A stretch of DNA of 64,000 nt from an uncultured Bacillota bacterium (lineage in GTDB: Bacteria; Bacillota; Clostridia; Lachnospirales; Lachnospiraceae): contig CAJKMA010000003.1 of the NCBI GenBank assembly GCA_905200905.1, positions 151 through 64,150 of the forward strand. The letters are read 5' to 3'. Below the pieces are notes generated by a model. It searched no databases and was not told the origin of the DNA. It was given only the letters and a program-made list of their open reading frames with translations. Made by a program: the position numbers and the translations under genes. Shown here piece after piece: positions 47,323-57,732 of the stretch (the stretch's first letter is position 1; the number at the start of each line of letters is the position of its first letter).

Positions 47323-50300
47323 ATGGCACTACAGTTTATCTTTGGGCCTTCCGGAGCAGGGAAATCTTACTATATTTATCATAAAATTATCCAGGAATCT
47401 ATGGAGAATCCTAAGAAGCAGTATTTGATTTTGGTACCAGAACAGTTTACCATGCAAACACAAAAAGATTTGGTATCCATGCATCCCAGAAAGGGCATTA
47501 TGAACATTGATGTTTTAAGCTTTGAACGTTTGGCTTTCCGTGTTTTGGAGGAAACAGGGGACATCAGGGGAGAACTTTTAGAGGAAACCGGCAAAAGCAT
47601 GGTCCTTAGAAGAGTTGCCCAGGAAAAGAAAAAAGAATTAAAGATTCTTGGAGCAAAAATGGATAAACAAGGCTATGTGTCTCAATTGAAATCCATGGTT
47701 TCTGAGCTGCGTCAGTACGAAATTACATCACAGGATTTGGAAAAAGTTTTAAAAGAAGTTGAGAATAAACCAGAACTGTATTATAAGTTGAAGGATATTT
47801 CCATTCTTTACCAGGGATTTTTTGATTATCTGGGGGAAAATTTTTATACCCAGGAGGAGATTCTGGATGTACTTGGAAGAGTTGCTGAAAAATCAGGAAA
47901 AATCAAGGACAGTGTGCTGGTGCTGGATGGTTATACGGGATTTACACCTATTCAGTTGCAGCTTTTGGAAAAACTTCTGGTTTTGAGCAGTCAGGTTTAT
48001 GTAACAGTTACCATGGGAATGGGAGAGGATCCTTATCAGCCTGGAAGTCCGCACCAGCTTTTTTATTTAAGTAAGCAGACCGTTTCGAGATTATGTAACC
48101 TTGCAAAGGAGAAAAAAATTTCCTGGTCAGAATACTGGATTCCTAAAAAACAGCAGGATTATGCAGGGCGTTTTCTGCACCAAGAGCCTATGAGATTTTT
48201 GGAACAGCGATTATTCCGTTATGGGATATATGAAAAAGAACAGGATGCCATTCATATACGAGAATCTGCAAATCCTGGCGCTGAAATGGAAGAAACGGCG
48301 GCTATGATTCGCCGTATGGTGCGGGAACAAGGATACCGGTATGGTGATTTTGCGGTTGTTTCTGGTGATATGGAGGTCTATGCACCAGCAGCCTCCAGAG
48401 CCTTTGGAAAGTATGGTATTCCTTGTTTTATTGACCAGAAGCACTCTATTTTCATGAATCCTTTTGTGGAGTATATCCGGGCAGCCATAGATGTAGTGGT
48501 GGAAAACTTTACTTATGAAAGTGTGTTCCGGCTTTTGCGCTGTGGTATGACCGATATTTCTTCTGAGGAGATGGACAGGTTGGAAAACTATGTGATTGCC
48601 ATGGGGATTCAGGGACTGTCAAAATGGCAGAATCCATGGATTCGTACTTATAGGGGACAAGCTCCAGAAGAATGTGTATTACTCAATAAAATTAGGATAC
48701 GCCTTGTGGATATGTGGGAACCTTTTTGTAAAAAGATGAAGGAGCCAGGTGCAAGGGTGGAGGATTATGCCAGGGCCTTGTATGGATATATTTGTGAGAA
48801 TCACATAGAAGAACAGTTAAAAGATTATGAAGAGCAATTCAAGGGCGAACAGAATCAGGCAATGGTAAAGGAGTACAGCCAGATTTATAGGATTGTTATG
48901 GACTTGCTGGATAAGCTGGTGGAAATTTTGGGAGAGCAACAGGTGCGTCCAAGAGAATTTAAGGAAATTCTGGACGCAGGGCTTACCGAGGCCAAGGTGG
49001 GAGTTATTCCTCCTACTTCCGACCAGGTGCTGGTGGGTGATATGGAGCGTACCAGGTTAAAGGAAATTAAGGTTCTGTTTTTTGTAGGGGTGAACGAAGG
49101 AAAAATTCCGAAAGAGCAGCAGGCAGGAAAGCTGCTTTCTGATTTAAATAGAGAAGAATTGAAAAGTCCCCTGGAGGATTTGGGACTTTCTCTTGCGCCA
49201 ACAGCCAAAGAGGATTTGTATACGCAAAAATTTTATTTGTATTTGAACTTGACGAAACCATCAGAAAAGGTTTTTCTTTCTTACAGCCGTATGGATGGCA
49301 GCGGACAGGCCATGTCCCCCTCATTTTTGATTTCACAGGTGGAACGTTTGTTTCCAAAGGTGGAGAGAGAGGAAGAAATTCCTTTGTTTCTGGAAAGTCC
49401 TTACAGTGCCCTGGATAAATTGTCTGAGCAGCTTCGCAGCACACAGAAGGAGTCTCCTTTGTTTGAGGAGTTGCTATCTTGGTTTCAAAGCCAGGATAAG
49501 TTTCGGCCTTTGGTGCAGGGACTTATTGATGGGGCATATTATATGAATCCACAAGATGGTATTAGCAAAGGAGTAGCCCATGCCCTTTATGGAGTAGACT
49601 TGGAAAACAGCGCAACCAGATTGGAGCAATTTGCAAAATGCGCTTGTTCTCATTTCCTTTTGTATGGTTTGGAGCTTAGAGAACGTGCGCGATATGAATT
49701 TAGCATGGCAGATTTAGGAACCTTGCTCCATGACAGTCTGGATTTGTTTGCCAAAAAGATACGAGAGCAAGGGTGGCAATGGACCGGACTTTCGGATGAG
49801 GAGCGGGATGCTCTGGCAGAAGCCTGTGTCGATGAGGTGGTGGAGCATTCAGGTGAAACTATTTTATTAAGCAGCGCCAGAAATGCCTATACAGTGAACA
49901 GGGCAAAGCGCATGGTAAAGCGCAGCGTATGGGCCCTGCAATGCCAGCTTCGTCAAGGAGAATTTTATCCTGCCATGACAGAGTGGGCATTTGGTCCACA
50001 AGATCAGATAGAAAGCCTTAACATTCCTTTAGCCCCTGGAGAGCGTCTGCATCTAAAGGGGAGAATTGACCGTATTGATGTGTGTCAAGGGGAAGAAGAC
50101 GAGTTGTATGTAAAGGTCATTGATTATAAATCAGGTGCAACAGAGCTGGATTTTGTAAAATTGTATTATGGTTTGCAGCTTCAGCTAGCCTTGTATTTGA
50201 ATGCAGCCATTGAACTGGAGCAGAAACGGTTTCCAGGGAAAAGGGTGAAGCCAGCAGGAATTTTTTATTATCAGATTAAGGACCCTATGCTGAATCGAGA

Positions 50301-50790
50301 GGATTTAAAGAATCCAGAGTATCCCCAAGAGGAGCTTTTGAAGAAATTAAAAATGGACGGCATTGCAGGAGCAGAGCCTGAAATCTTGGAAAAGCTGGAT
50401 AAAAATCTGGCAGCAGGAAAGTCTGTGGAATCCATGGCAATACCAGTAAAATATACAGCAAAAGGGACATTTAGCAGCAATTCCAAAGTGGCTTATCAGA
50501 ATCAGTTTGAAACCATGAGAAATTATGTGAATGATAAGGCAAAAGAAATCGGACAGGAGATTTTAAATGGAAATGTAAATGTAAATCCCTTTGAGAAACA
50601 AAAGGAAAATGCCTGCGCCTATTGTCCTTATGCCAGCGTCTGTGGTTTTGATGAGAAGATTCCAGGATATTCTTACCGAAGGCTTCATAGCTACACATCC
50701 CAGGAAGTCTGGGAGAAAATGAGAGAAGCATTGAAAGGAGGTACAGAGCATGAGTGTTTCGTGGACCCAGGAACAAAGGAAGGTCATTGA
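47323..50790 (+). CDS. addB: Helicase-nuclease subunit B
   Basis: GPSGAGKS, VPEQF, SATRLE..AKC, GRIDRID, IDYKSG, C-terminal Fe-S cysteines. Confidence 0.95.
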   Translation: MALQFIFGPSGAGKSYYIYHKIIQESMENPKKQYLILVPEQFTMQTQKDLVSMHPRKGIMNIDVLSFERLAFRVLEETGDIRGELLEETGKSMVLRRVAQEKKKELKILGAKMDKQGYVSQLKSMVSELRQYEITSQDLEKVLKEVENKPELYYKLKDISILYQGFFDYLGENFYTQEEILDVLGRVAEKSGKIKDSVLVLDGYTGFTPIQLQLLEKLLVLSSQVYVTVTMGMGEDPYQPGSPHQLFYLSKQTVSRLCNLAKEKKISWSEYWIPKKQQDYAGRFLHQEPMRFLEQRLFRYGIYEKEQDAIHIRESANPGAEMEETAAMIRRMVREQGYRYGDFAVVSGDMEVYAPAASRAFGKYGIPCFIDQKHSIFMNPFVEYIRAAIDVVVENFTYESVFRLLRCGMTDISSEEMDRLENYVIAMGIQGLSKWQNPWIRTYRGQAPEECVLLNKIRIRLVDMWEPFCKKMKEPGARVEDYARALYGYICENHIEEQLKDYEEQFKGEQNQAMVKEYSQIYRIVMDLLDKLVEILGEQQVRPREFKEILDAGLTEAKVGVIPPTSDQVLVGDMERTRLKEIKVLFFVGVNEGKIPKEQQAGKLLSDLNREELKSPLEDLGLSLAPTAKEDLYTQKFYLYLNLTKPSEKVFLSYSRMDGSGQAMSPSFLISQVERLFPKVEREEEIPLFLESPYSALDKLSEQLRSTQKESPLFEELLSWFQSQDKFRPLVQGLIDGAYYMNPQDGISKGVAHALYGVDLENSATRLEQFAKCACSHFLLYGLELRERARYEFSMADLGTLLHDSLDLFAKKIREQGWQWTGLSDEERDALAEACVDEVVEHSGETILLSSARNAYTVNRAKRMVKRSVWALQCQLRQGEFYPAMTEWAFGPQDQIESLNIPLAPGERLHLKGRIDRIDVCQGEEDELYVKVIDYKSGATELDFVKLYYGLQLQLALYLNAAIELEQKRFPGKRVKPAGIFYYQIKDPMLNREDLKNPEYPQEELLKKLKMDGIAGAEPEILEKLDKNLAAGKSVESMAIPVKYTAKGTFSSNSKVAYQNQFETMRNYVNDKAKEIGQEILNGNVNVNPFEKQKENACAYCPYASVCGFDEKIPGYSYRRLHSYTSQEVWEKMREALKGGTEHECFVDPGTKEGH

Positions 50791-53700
50791 TACCAGAAAT
50801 TGTAATATTTTGGTCAGCGCTGCTGCAGGAAGTGGGAAGACTGCAGTTTTGGTGGAGAGGATTTTACAATTAATTACAGATGAACATCATCCAGTAGACA
50901 TTGACCGCCTTTTGATTGTGACTTTTACCAGGGCAGCAGCAGGAGAAATGAAAGAGCGAATACGGGCTGCCATTGAGAAAAAGTTGGAAACAGACCGAGA
51001 TAATGAGCATTTACAGCGGCAAAGTGTGTTGGTGCATCATGCACAGATTACAACCATTGATAGTTTTTGTTCGTATGTTGTAAAAAATTATTTTCATTTG
51101 ATTGACCTGGACCCTTCTTTTCGTATGGGAGATGAAGGTGAGATGCGTCTTTTGCAGGCAGATGTGGCGGATAAAGTCATGGAGGAAGCCTATGCAAAGG
51201 AGGATAATCATGCTTTTGCAGCCTTTGTGGATGGTTTTTCTGGAGGAAAGACGGATGAAAAAATTCCGGAGCTTATGCAAAAGCTCTATGGCTTTTCTAT
51301 GAGCTATCCCTATCCCACAGAGTGGCTGGAATCCTGTAAAAAAGCCTATGAAGTGCAGGATGTGGAAGACCTGGAGAAGGCGCCATGGGTGGCATGTGTA
51401 AAAGCAGAACTTGAGAAAGAGATAAGGGAAGCAGCAGAGCTTTTGGAACAGGCTGTAGAAATTTGTAAGGAAGCAGATGGACCAGGATTTTATCTGGAGC
51501 TTTTAGAGTCTGAGAAAGCAGCGATAGAGAAGGCGCAAAAAGCAGAAAGCTTAAAGGAGTGGAAGATGCTTTTGGAGGCCATAGAGTTTAAGCGGCTTCC
51601 AGCTGGAAAAAAGGCGGAAAAAGAACAGGTTTCTCAAAAAAGGCAGGAGATGGCTAAGAATCTTAGAAGCCAAGCTAAGGATTTCATAAAAGAGATCAAG
51701 GAACGATATTTTCAGGAGACCATGGAGGAAATGGCAGAGAATCTTAGAAAAGCCGGTGAACCGGTGGGGGTTCTAGTGGATTTAACCTTGCGGTTTATGG
51801 AGTGCTATCAGGAGAAAAAAAAGGAAAAAAACATTCTGGATTTTGCAGATTTGGAGCATTATGCCCTAGAAATTCTGGTGGAGCATACAGAAGAAGGAGA
51901 TAAACGCACCAATGCAGCAAAAGAACTGGCAGAGCAGTTTACAGAGATTATGATTGACGAGTACCAGGACAGCAATCTGGTACAGGAAAAGCTTTTAACT
52001 GCTGTATCTGGAATGGAAGATGGAATTTATAATGTTTTTATGGTGGGTGATGTGAAACAGAGCATTTACCGCTTCCGTCTGGCAAGGCCGGATTTATTTA
52101 TGGAAAAATTCCGCATGTATCCCTTAGAGCAGGGAAAAGAGAAGCTGCGTATTGACCTGCACCGGAATTTTAGAAGCAGAAAAGAAGTGCTGGAAAGTGT
52201 CAACTATTTGTTTTACCAGATTATGGGGGACGATTTGGGCGGTGTGGAATATGACCAAGATGCTGCCTTATACCCACAGCGGGAATTTCCTCCCCAAAAG
52301 CAGAAGGAACCAGCAGCAGAATTGCTTTTATTGGAAGAGGATGACCCTGTGTGGAAGGAGAGGGAGGATGGACAGACAGCCAGAGAGTTGGAGGCAAAGA
52401 TGGCGGCTCTTCGTATTCGGGAGCTCATAGAAAATCAAGAGGTTCTGGATAAGGAGACAGCAGAGTACCGCAAAGCCAGGTATTCGGATATTACCATTTT
52501 GCTGCGTACCATGTCTGGGTGGGCTGAAACTTTTAAAAAGATACTGAATGCTTCTGGGATTCCAGCCAGCGTTACTACAAAAACAGGATATTTTTCATCC
52601 ACAGAGGTGACGACTGTGCTGGATTATCTTCAGATTTTAGATAATCCTTTGCAGGATATACCTCTGGCGGGAGCCATGCGTGGTTTGCCTGATGGATTTT
52701 GTTTCCAGGAATTAGCAGAGATAAAAGCGCTTGGGAAAAAAGAAGAAAAAGCCAGCCTTTTTGAAGCAGTATTATTGGCAGAAAAGTTGGAAAATTCCCT
52801 GGGAGAAAAGGTGAGAAGGTTTCTGGAGGTATACCGAAGGCTTCGCTGCAAAGTACCCTATACTCCCATGCATGAATTGTTGTGGGATTTCTTTGATGAG
52901 ACAGGGTTTTTATTGTATCAGCAGGCTTTTGTTTCAGGAGAGCAAAAAAAGGCAAACCTTCTCATGTTGGTAGAGAAAGCCAGAGCCTATGAAAGTACCA
53001 GTTACCGTGGATTGTTTAATTTCATCCGTTATATTGAGAAACTGAAAAAATATCAGGTGGACTTTGGAGAGGCGAATGTTCTTTCTGAAAAAGAAGATAC
53101 GGTGCGTATTATGAGTATTCACAGCAGTAAGGGACTAGAATTTCCCATTGTGTTTGTGGCAGGTCTTGGAAAACAAATGAATATGCAGGATGCCAGGGAA
53201 AGTATTGTACTGCATCCGGATTTGGGAATTGGCGCCCCCTGTGTAGATGAGAAGTTCCGTATTCGTACCAGAACTATTTTGCAAAAGGCAGTGCAGCAGG
53301 AGATTACGTTGGAGAGCCTTGGAGAAGAGCTTAGAATTCTTTACGTGGCATTAACCAGGGCAAAGGAGAAGCTAATTCTGACAGGAACCTTGTGTAAACT
53401 GGAGGAGAAGCTTACTGGCTTTGAGAAGGTAAAATACCAGGAAAAGCAGCGGCTTTCCTATGGAATTCGCATGAAGGGGAAGAGTTATCTGGACTGGGTT
53501 TTGGCAGCCCTTGCCAGACACAAGGCTATGAAACCTCTGTATGAAGCCTTTGGACAACAGGCTTATGCCCTGAACCCTTGGTATGAAGGGCCGGGTGACT
53601 TTTTTGTCCGTAGAATTTCTCCCATGGAATTGGTAGTGGAGGAAACGCAGCTTCGCACAGAAGAACTACTGAAAAAGGGAGAGCTTCTCATGTGGGATTG

Positions 53701-54457
53701 CAGCCAGGTTTATGACCAGAAACTTAGGGAGAGCCTACAGGAAAGTTTTTCTTATGAATATCCTTATGAGGCGCTGGGGCAAATTCCTGCAAAACTTACT
53801 GTTTCTGAAGTGAAGCGGATGCAAATGCCGCAAGAGGAAGAGAGTATGCTTCTGTATCATACGGAAACAGAAAGCTATGTTCCGGCTTTCATGCGTGAGG
53901 AAGAGGTGGTACTGGAAGGTGCACAGCGCGGTACTGCCTATCATCGTGTACTGGAATGTCTTGACTATACCTGTGCAGATACCTTAGAACAAGTGAAAGA
54001 GCAGTTAGAAGACATGGTTTCCAGTAGAAAATTGTCGCCTGCCATGAGAAAGACGGTAAAAGCCAGGGAAATTTATAAATTTGTGGAAAGTCCTCTGGGA
54101 CAGCGGATGCAGGCTGCCAGCAGAAGAGGGGAACTGCACCGAGAGCAGCCTTTTGTCATTGGTGTGCCGGCAAATCAAGTACAGAAAGAATATGATTCCA
54201 GAGATGAAATTTTGATTCAGGGAATCATGGATGCTTATTTTGAGGAAGGGGAAGAGTTGGTTCTGGTAGATTATAAAACGGATAAAGTCTGGAACAACAA
54301 ACCGGAAAGTCTTGTAGAGAAATATCAGATGCAGTTAAAATATTACAAAGAAGCCCTGGAGTGCCTGACACAGAGAAAGGTAAAAGAAACTTATATTTAT
54401 TCTTTGCAGTTGGGGAAGGCTGTGGAGGTAAATAATGTGCTTTCTTGCCCGTTATGA
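50750..54457 (+). CDS. addA: Helicase-nuclease subunit A
   Basis: AAAGSGKT, DEYQD, GDVKQSIYRFR, YVALTRAKE, VDYKTD. Confidence 0.96.
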   Translation: MSVSWTQEQRKVIDTRNCNILVSAAAGSGKTAVLVERILQLITDEHHPVDIDRLLIVTFTRAAAGEMKERIRAAIEKKLETDRDNEHLQRQSVLVHHAQITTIDSFCSYVVKNYFHLIDLDPSFRMGDEGEMRLLQADVADKVMEEAYAKEDNHAFAAFVDGFSGGKTDEKIPELMQKLYGFSMSYPYPTEWLESCKKAYEVQDVEDLEKAPWVACVKAELEKEIREAAELLEQAVEICKEADGPGFYLELLESEKAAIEKAQKAESLKEWKMLLEAIEFKRLPAGKKAEKEQVSQKRQEMAKNLRSQAKDFIKEIKERYFQETMEEMAENLRKAGEPVGVLVDLTLRFMECYQEKKKEKNILDFADLEHYALEILVEHTEEGDKRTNAAKELAEQFTEIMIDEYQDSNLVQEKLLTAVSGMEDGIYNVFMVGDVKQSIYRFRLARPDLFMEKFRMYPLEQGKEKLRIDLHRNFRSRKEVLESVNYLFYQIMGDDLGGVEYDQDAALYPQREFPPQKQKEPAAELLLLEEDDPVWKEREDGQTARELEAKMAALRIRELIENQEVLDKETAEYRKARYSDITILLRTMSGWAETFKKILNASGIPASVTTKTGYFSSTEVTTVLDYLQILDNPLQDIPLAGAMRGLPDGFCFQELAEIKALGKKEEKASLFEAVLLAEKLENSLGEKVRRFLEVYRRLRCKVPYTPMHELLWDFFDETGFLLYQQAFVSGEQKKANLLMLVEKARAYESTSYRGLFNFIRYIEKLKKYQVDFGEANVLSEKEDTVRIMSIHSSKGLEFPIVFVAGLGKQMNMQDARESIVLHPDLGIGAPCVDEKFRIRTRTILQKAVQQEITLESLGEELRILYVALTRAKEKLILTGTLCKLEEKLTGFEKVKYQEKQRLSYGIRMKGKSYLDWVLAALARHKAMKPLYEAFGQQAYALNPWYEGPGDFFVRRISPMELVVEETQLRTEELLKKGELLMWDCSQVYDQKLRESLQESFSYEYPYEALGQIPAKLTVSEVKRMQMPQEEESMLLYHTETESYVPAFMREEEVVLEGAQRGTAYHRVLECLDYTCADTLEQVKEQLEDMVSSRKLSPAMRKTVKAREIYKFVESPLGQRMQAASRRGELHREQPFVIGVPANQVQKEYDSRDEILIQGIMDAYFEEGEELVLVDYKTDKVWNNKPESLVEKYQMQLKYYKEALECLTQRKVKETYIYSLQLGKAVEVNNVLSCPL

Positions 54458-54471
54458 GGGCAAGAAAGCAA
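54438..54471. terminator. Hairpin at the addA / LacI-PfkB convergence
   Basis: TGCTTTCTTGCCC...GGGCAAGAAAGCA. Confidence 0.7.
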
Positions 54472-54518
54472 TAGTTTCTAGAAAGTTATTTCGTATGGTC
54501 TTGTAGAAAATTAAGAAA

Positions 54519-56420
54519 TTAGCTAAGTAGTTTGGGTTCTATCTTTTTGATATGAGTTTCTAAGGTGTTACGATCTACTAGAGCAGGAACAACACCTTGC
54601 CTAGAGACACAGAAGCCAGCAGCATATGTAGCAATACGAATGGAGCTTTCTAGAGAATATCCTTCAATCAGAAAAGAAGCCAATGCTGAGATAAAAGCAT
54701 CTGCACCTCCAGTGGTATCAATAGAGATAAAATCTGCAGCTGGAAAGTATTTTGAACTTTCTTCAGTTTTAAGATAACATCCTTCATGTCCAAGCGTTAT
54801 GATAACTGTTTTTATTCCTTTTTGGAAGAAATATTCAGCTTGTTCTTCTACCGTGGCAAGGTGTGGACATAGAGTAGCTGCTTCTTTTCGATTTGGAATA
54901 AAAATATCTGTATTTTGAAGAAGTTGTTCTGGTATAGCCTTTAAGGCAGCAGGTTTAACGATATTTTTTGCACCATACTTTCTAGCAATTTTTGCTGCTT
55001 CTAAGACTGTTTGAATAGGAATTTCAGTGGAAAGCAGACAGAAACCACTATTTTCAAAAAGATGTTGCCTTTTTTGAATATCTTGCGGAGTTAAATTTCC
55101 GTTTGCTCCAGACATAATAGTGATAGTTCCTTCACCATTCCGCTCGATATAAATATAGGCTTTTCCTGTTTGGGCCTTTATATCCCGGTGGACGCCCTGA
55201 GTAGCAACCTGTTCTTTTTCTAAGATATCTAATATAAAAGTGGAGTCTACATCATTACCGATTTCCCCTATAAGGGAAACTTCTCTTCCAAGTTTAGCAG
55301 CTCCAACGGATTGATTCGCTCCTTTTCCTCCAAGCGTGGTAGTAGAACTTAATATAGTAGTGGTTTTTCCAGCTTGAGGAAGCCAGTCCACATTGAAAGT
55401 AATATCTGTATTTATGCTTCCGACTACCACAATTTTTTTTGAACGAAAGAAAGAGGGGATATCTAAACTTTCTTCATTATCAAAAATGTATTTAGATATA
55501 AAGGTGTACTCTGGTTTTTCGAGTGCTTTTTTTTCGCATTTTTGGATTAAATTTTTACATACATAATAGCCAAATTCCCAATAGGGGATTTTGATACTGG
55601 AAATGTGAGGAAAGGAAATTGCCTCTCTTACATCATCTTTTAAACTTACTATAGATAAATCTGAAGGCACATAGTAGTGCATTTTATTCATTTGTTCGTA
55701 TAAAATAAGAGAAGATGCGAAATGTGAACTGACAATCCCTGAAAAGTTGTAATTCAATATTTTGGAACAGAATTCAGGGTCAGATACTAAAAGTTTCATC
55801 TTATCATGATAAGGGATTTGGTTGTCAAAGAGACATTTTTTAAATCCTTCAAATACCATATCGGAGCGTCGGCTTTTTTCTTTTACAAGACAGGCAATTT
55901 TACTGTGCTTGTATTCTAATAGTTTTTGTGTCAGAACATATCCCATTGTTTTAAAATCTATATTGTAGGCAGATAAAGTATAAGGTGCATTGACATAGCA
56001 GACAGAGATATTTTGTTCTGCAAAGTAATGCTCATGTTGACAACTATCTTCTTCTACAGGTTCCCAGAGTACTCCATCTATATTGTTTTTACAAAGAGAT
56101 GTAATATGTTTTAATTCAGTATCCTTGTTGTTAAGGCTGTCTAGAAGCAAGACGCTATATCCTTGCTCCTGTGCTGCCTGGATAATACCGTTTAGCATTA
56201 AATTGGTCTGCGAAGCTGTACGCAATAGAACACCTAACAAAAAGCGCTTAGCATGGGATATATTTTTTACAGTTCCGTAAGGGGTATAGTTATATTCTTT
56301 TACAATTTTTAATACCCGGCTACGAGTTTCTGGATTGATATTTTGATCTTTATTATTAACAATTTTGGAAACTGTCGAAATAGAGACTCCAGCCAGATTG
56401 GCAATTTCTTTGATTGTCAT
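54519..56420 (-). CDS. LacI-family regulator fused to a PfkB/ribokinase-like domain
   Basis: TIKEIANLAGVSISTVSKIVN HTH, PBP-like domain, then GSINTD, GGKGANQ, PNRKE, DTTGGADAF. Confidence 0.88.
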   Translation of the reverse strand: MTIKEIANLAGVSISTVSKIVNNKDQNINPETRSRVLKIVKEYNYTPYGTVKNISHAKRFLLGVLLRTASQTNLMLNGIIQAAQEQGYSVLLLDSLNNKDTELKHITSLCKNNIDGVLWEPVEEDSCQHEHYFAEQNISVCYVNAPYTLSAYNIDFKTMGYVLTQKLLEYKHSKIACLVKEKSRRSDMVFEGFKKCLFDNQIPYHDKMKLLVSDPEFCSKILNYNFSGIVSSHFASSLILYEQMNKMHYYVPSDLSIVSLKDDVREAISFPHISSIKIPYWEFGYYVCKNLIQKCEKKALEKPEYTFISKYIFDNEESLDIPSFFRSKKIVVVGSINTDITFNVDWLPQAGKTTTILSSTTTLGGKGANQSVGAAKLGREVSLIGEIGNDVDSTFILDILEKEQVATQGVHRDIKAQTGKAYIYIERNGEGTITIMSGANGNLTPQDIQKRQHLFENSGFCLLSTEIPIQTVLEAAKIARKYGAKNIVKPAALKAIPEQLLQNTDIFIPNRKEAATLCPHLATVEEQAEYFFQKGIKTVIITLGHEGCYLKTEESSKYFPAADFISIDTTGGADAFISALASFLIEGYSLESSIRIATYAAGFCVSRQGVVPALVDRNTLETHIKKIEPKLLS

Positions 56421-56449
56421 ATGAAAACCTCATTATAAGTTTTTGTTTT

Positions 56450-56478
56450 ATTATGAATGAAAAGACATCATTTGTCAA
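56450..56478 (-). promoter_or_regulatory. Sigma-A promoter of the LacI-PfkB gene
   Basis: Minus strand TTGACA-17bp-CATAAT. Confidence 0.65.
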
Positions 56479-56562
56479 TGGAAAAGGTAATATAGAATTA
56501 TACATAATAGACAAGAAAGTTATTTCATAAATGTTTTTATTTAATAAAAATACAAACGGATA

Positions 56563-56628
56563 TTGACAGATTAAAAAAACAGATGTAGAATATGTGCATA
56601 GGAAAACACTTTAAGAAAATATTTTCTT
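56563..56628 (+). promoter_or_regulatory. Promoter and candidate operator of the nucleoside operon
   Basis: TTGACA 56563-56568, 17 bp, TAGAAT 56586-56591; palindrome AAGAAAATATTTTCTT 56613-56628. Confidence 0.65.
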
Positions 56629-56672
56629 TTGGTGTAGTAACGTGAAAAGAGATAAAGGAAAGGAGAATTATA

Positions 56673-57650
56673 GTGAAAAAAGAATCACAAAAAGAGTGGG
56701 ATGAATTTACTAGCTCCCGTGTAGTAGAAAAGAGTAGAATTGATAATGAGAAAATTATTAAGAGGTTGCAAAAACCGAAAGGAAAAGTAGATGTAGTAAT
56801 TGATACAGACACTTATAATGAAATTGATGATCAGTTTGCAGTTGCTTATTTGGTGAAATCAGAAGATAAACTTGATTTAAAAGCGATTTACGCTGCGCCT
56901 TTTCATAATGAGAAATCTACAGGTCCAGCTGATGGTATGGAAAAAAGTTATCAGGAAATTATGAACATTCTTACGTTGTTAGAGAGAGAAGACCTAAAAT
57001 CTCATGTGTATAAAGGTTCCACAGAATATATGTCTTCTGAAACAGAACCTGTAATATCAGATGCAGCAAAGGACTTAGCTGAAAGAGCTATGAATTATAC
57101 AGAGGAGAATCCGTTGTATGTGATTGCAATAGGAGCTATTACAAATGTGTCTTCTGCATTATTATTAAACCCAGAAATAAAAAATAAGATTGTATTGATT
57201 TGGCTAGGTGGGAATGCGATTCATTGGCCTCATAATAGAGAATTTAATCTGTTTCAGGATGTGGCAGGGGCTAGGATTGTATTTGGATGCGGAGTTCCAC
57301 TGGTTCAGCTTCCTTGCATGGGCGTTGTATCTGCATTTACTACAAGCGGTCCAGAGTTAGAATATCATCTTAGAGGGAAAAATAAGCTTTGTGATTATTT
57401 GGTAGATGTTACAACGAAAGAGGCAATGGAATGTTATGGAGGCGCTACATGGACAAGGCCGATTTGGGATGTAACGGCTGTAGCTTGGTTGTTGGACGGA
57501 GATTTTGAAGAAGATTGTTTAATACATAGTCCAATTCCTGAGTATGATGATAGATATGCCTTTGATTATAATCGTCATTTTATAAAGTATGTTTATCATA
57601 TCAAGAGAGATAATCTTTTTGCGGATTTGTTTGAAAAACTTGCTAGATAG
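56673..57650 (+). CDS. Nucleoside hydrolase family protein
   Basis: VVIDTDTYNEIDD, AIGAITN, WLGG, EFNL..D. Confidence 0.88.
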   Translation: MKKESQKEWDEFTSSRVVEKSRIDNEKIIKRLQKPKGKVDVVIDTDTYNEIDDQFAVAYLVKSEDKLDLKAIYAAPFHNEKSTGPADGMEKSYQEIMNILTLLEREDLKSHVYKGSTEYMSSETEPVISDAAKDLAERAMNYTEENPLYVIAIGAITNVSSALLLNPEIKNKIVLIWLGGNAIHWPHNREFNLFQDVAGARIVFGCGVPLVQLPCMGVVSAFTTSGPELEYHLRGKNKLCDYLVDVTTKEAMECYGGATWTRPIWDVTAVAWLLDGDFEEDCLIHSPIPEYDDRYAFDYNRHFIKYVYHIKRDNLFADLFEKLAR

Positions 57651-57732
57651 AATTGGTTAAGGTTTAGGGTAGAGACAATTCTTATAGATATTGAACTATG
57701 TGTAAATATTTGGAAAAAGGAGAAACGAGAAT

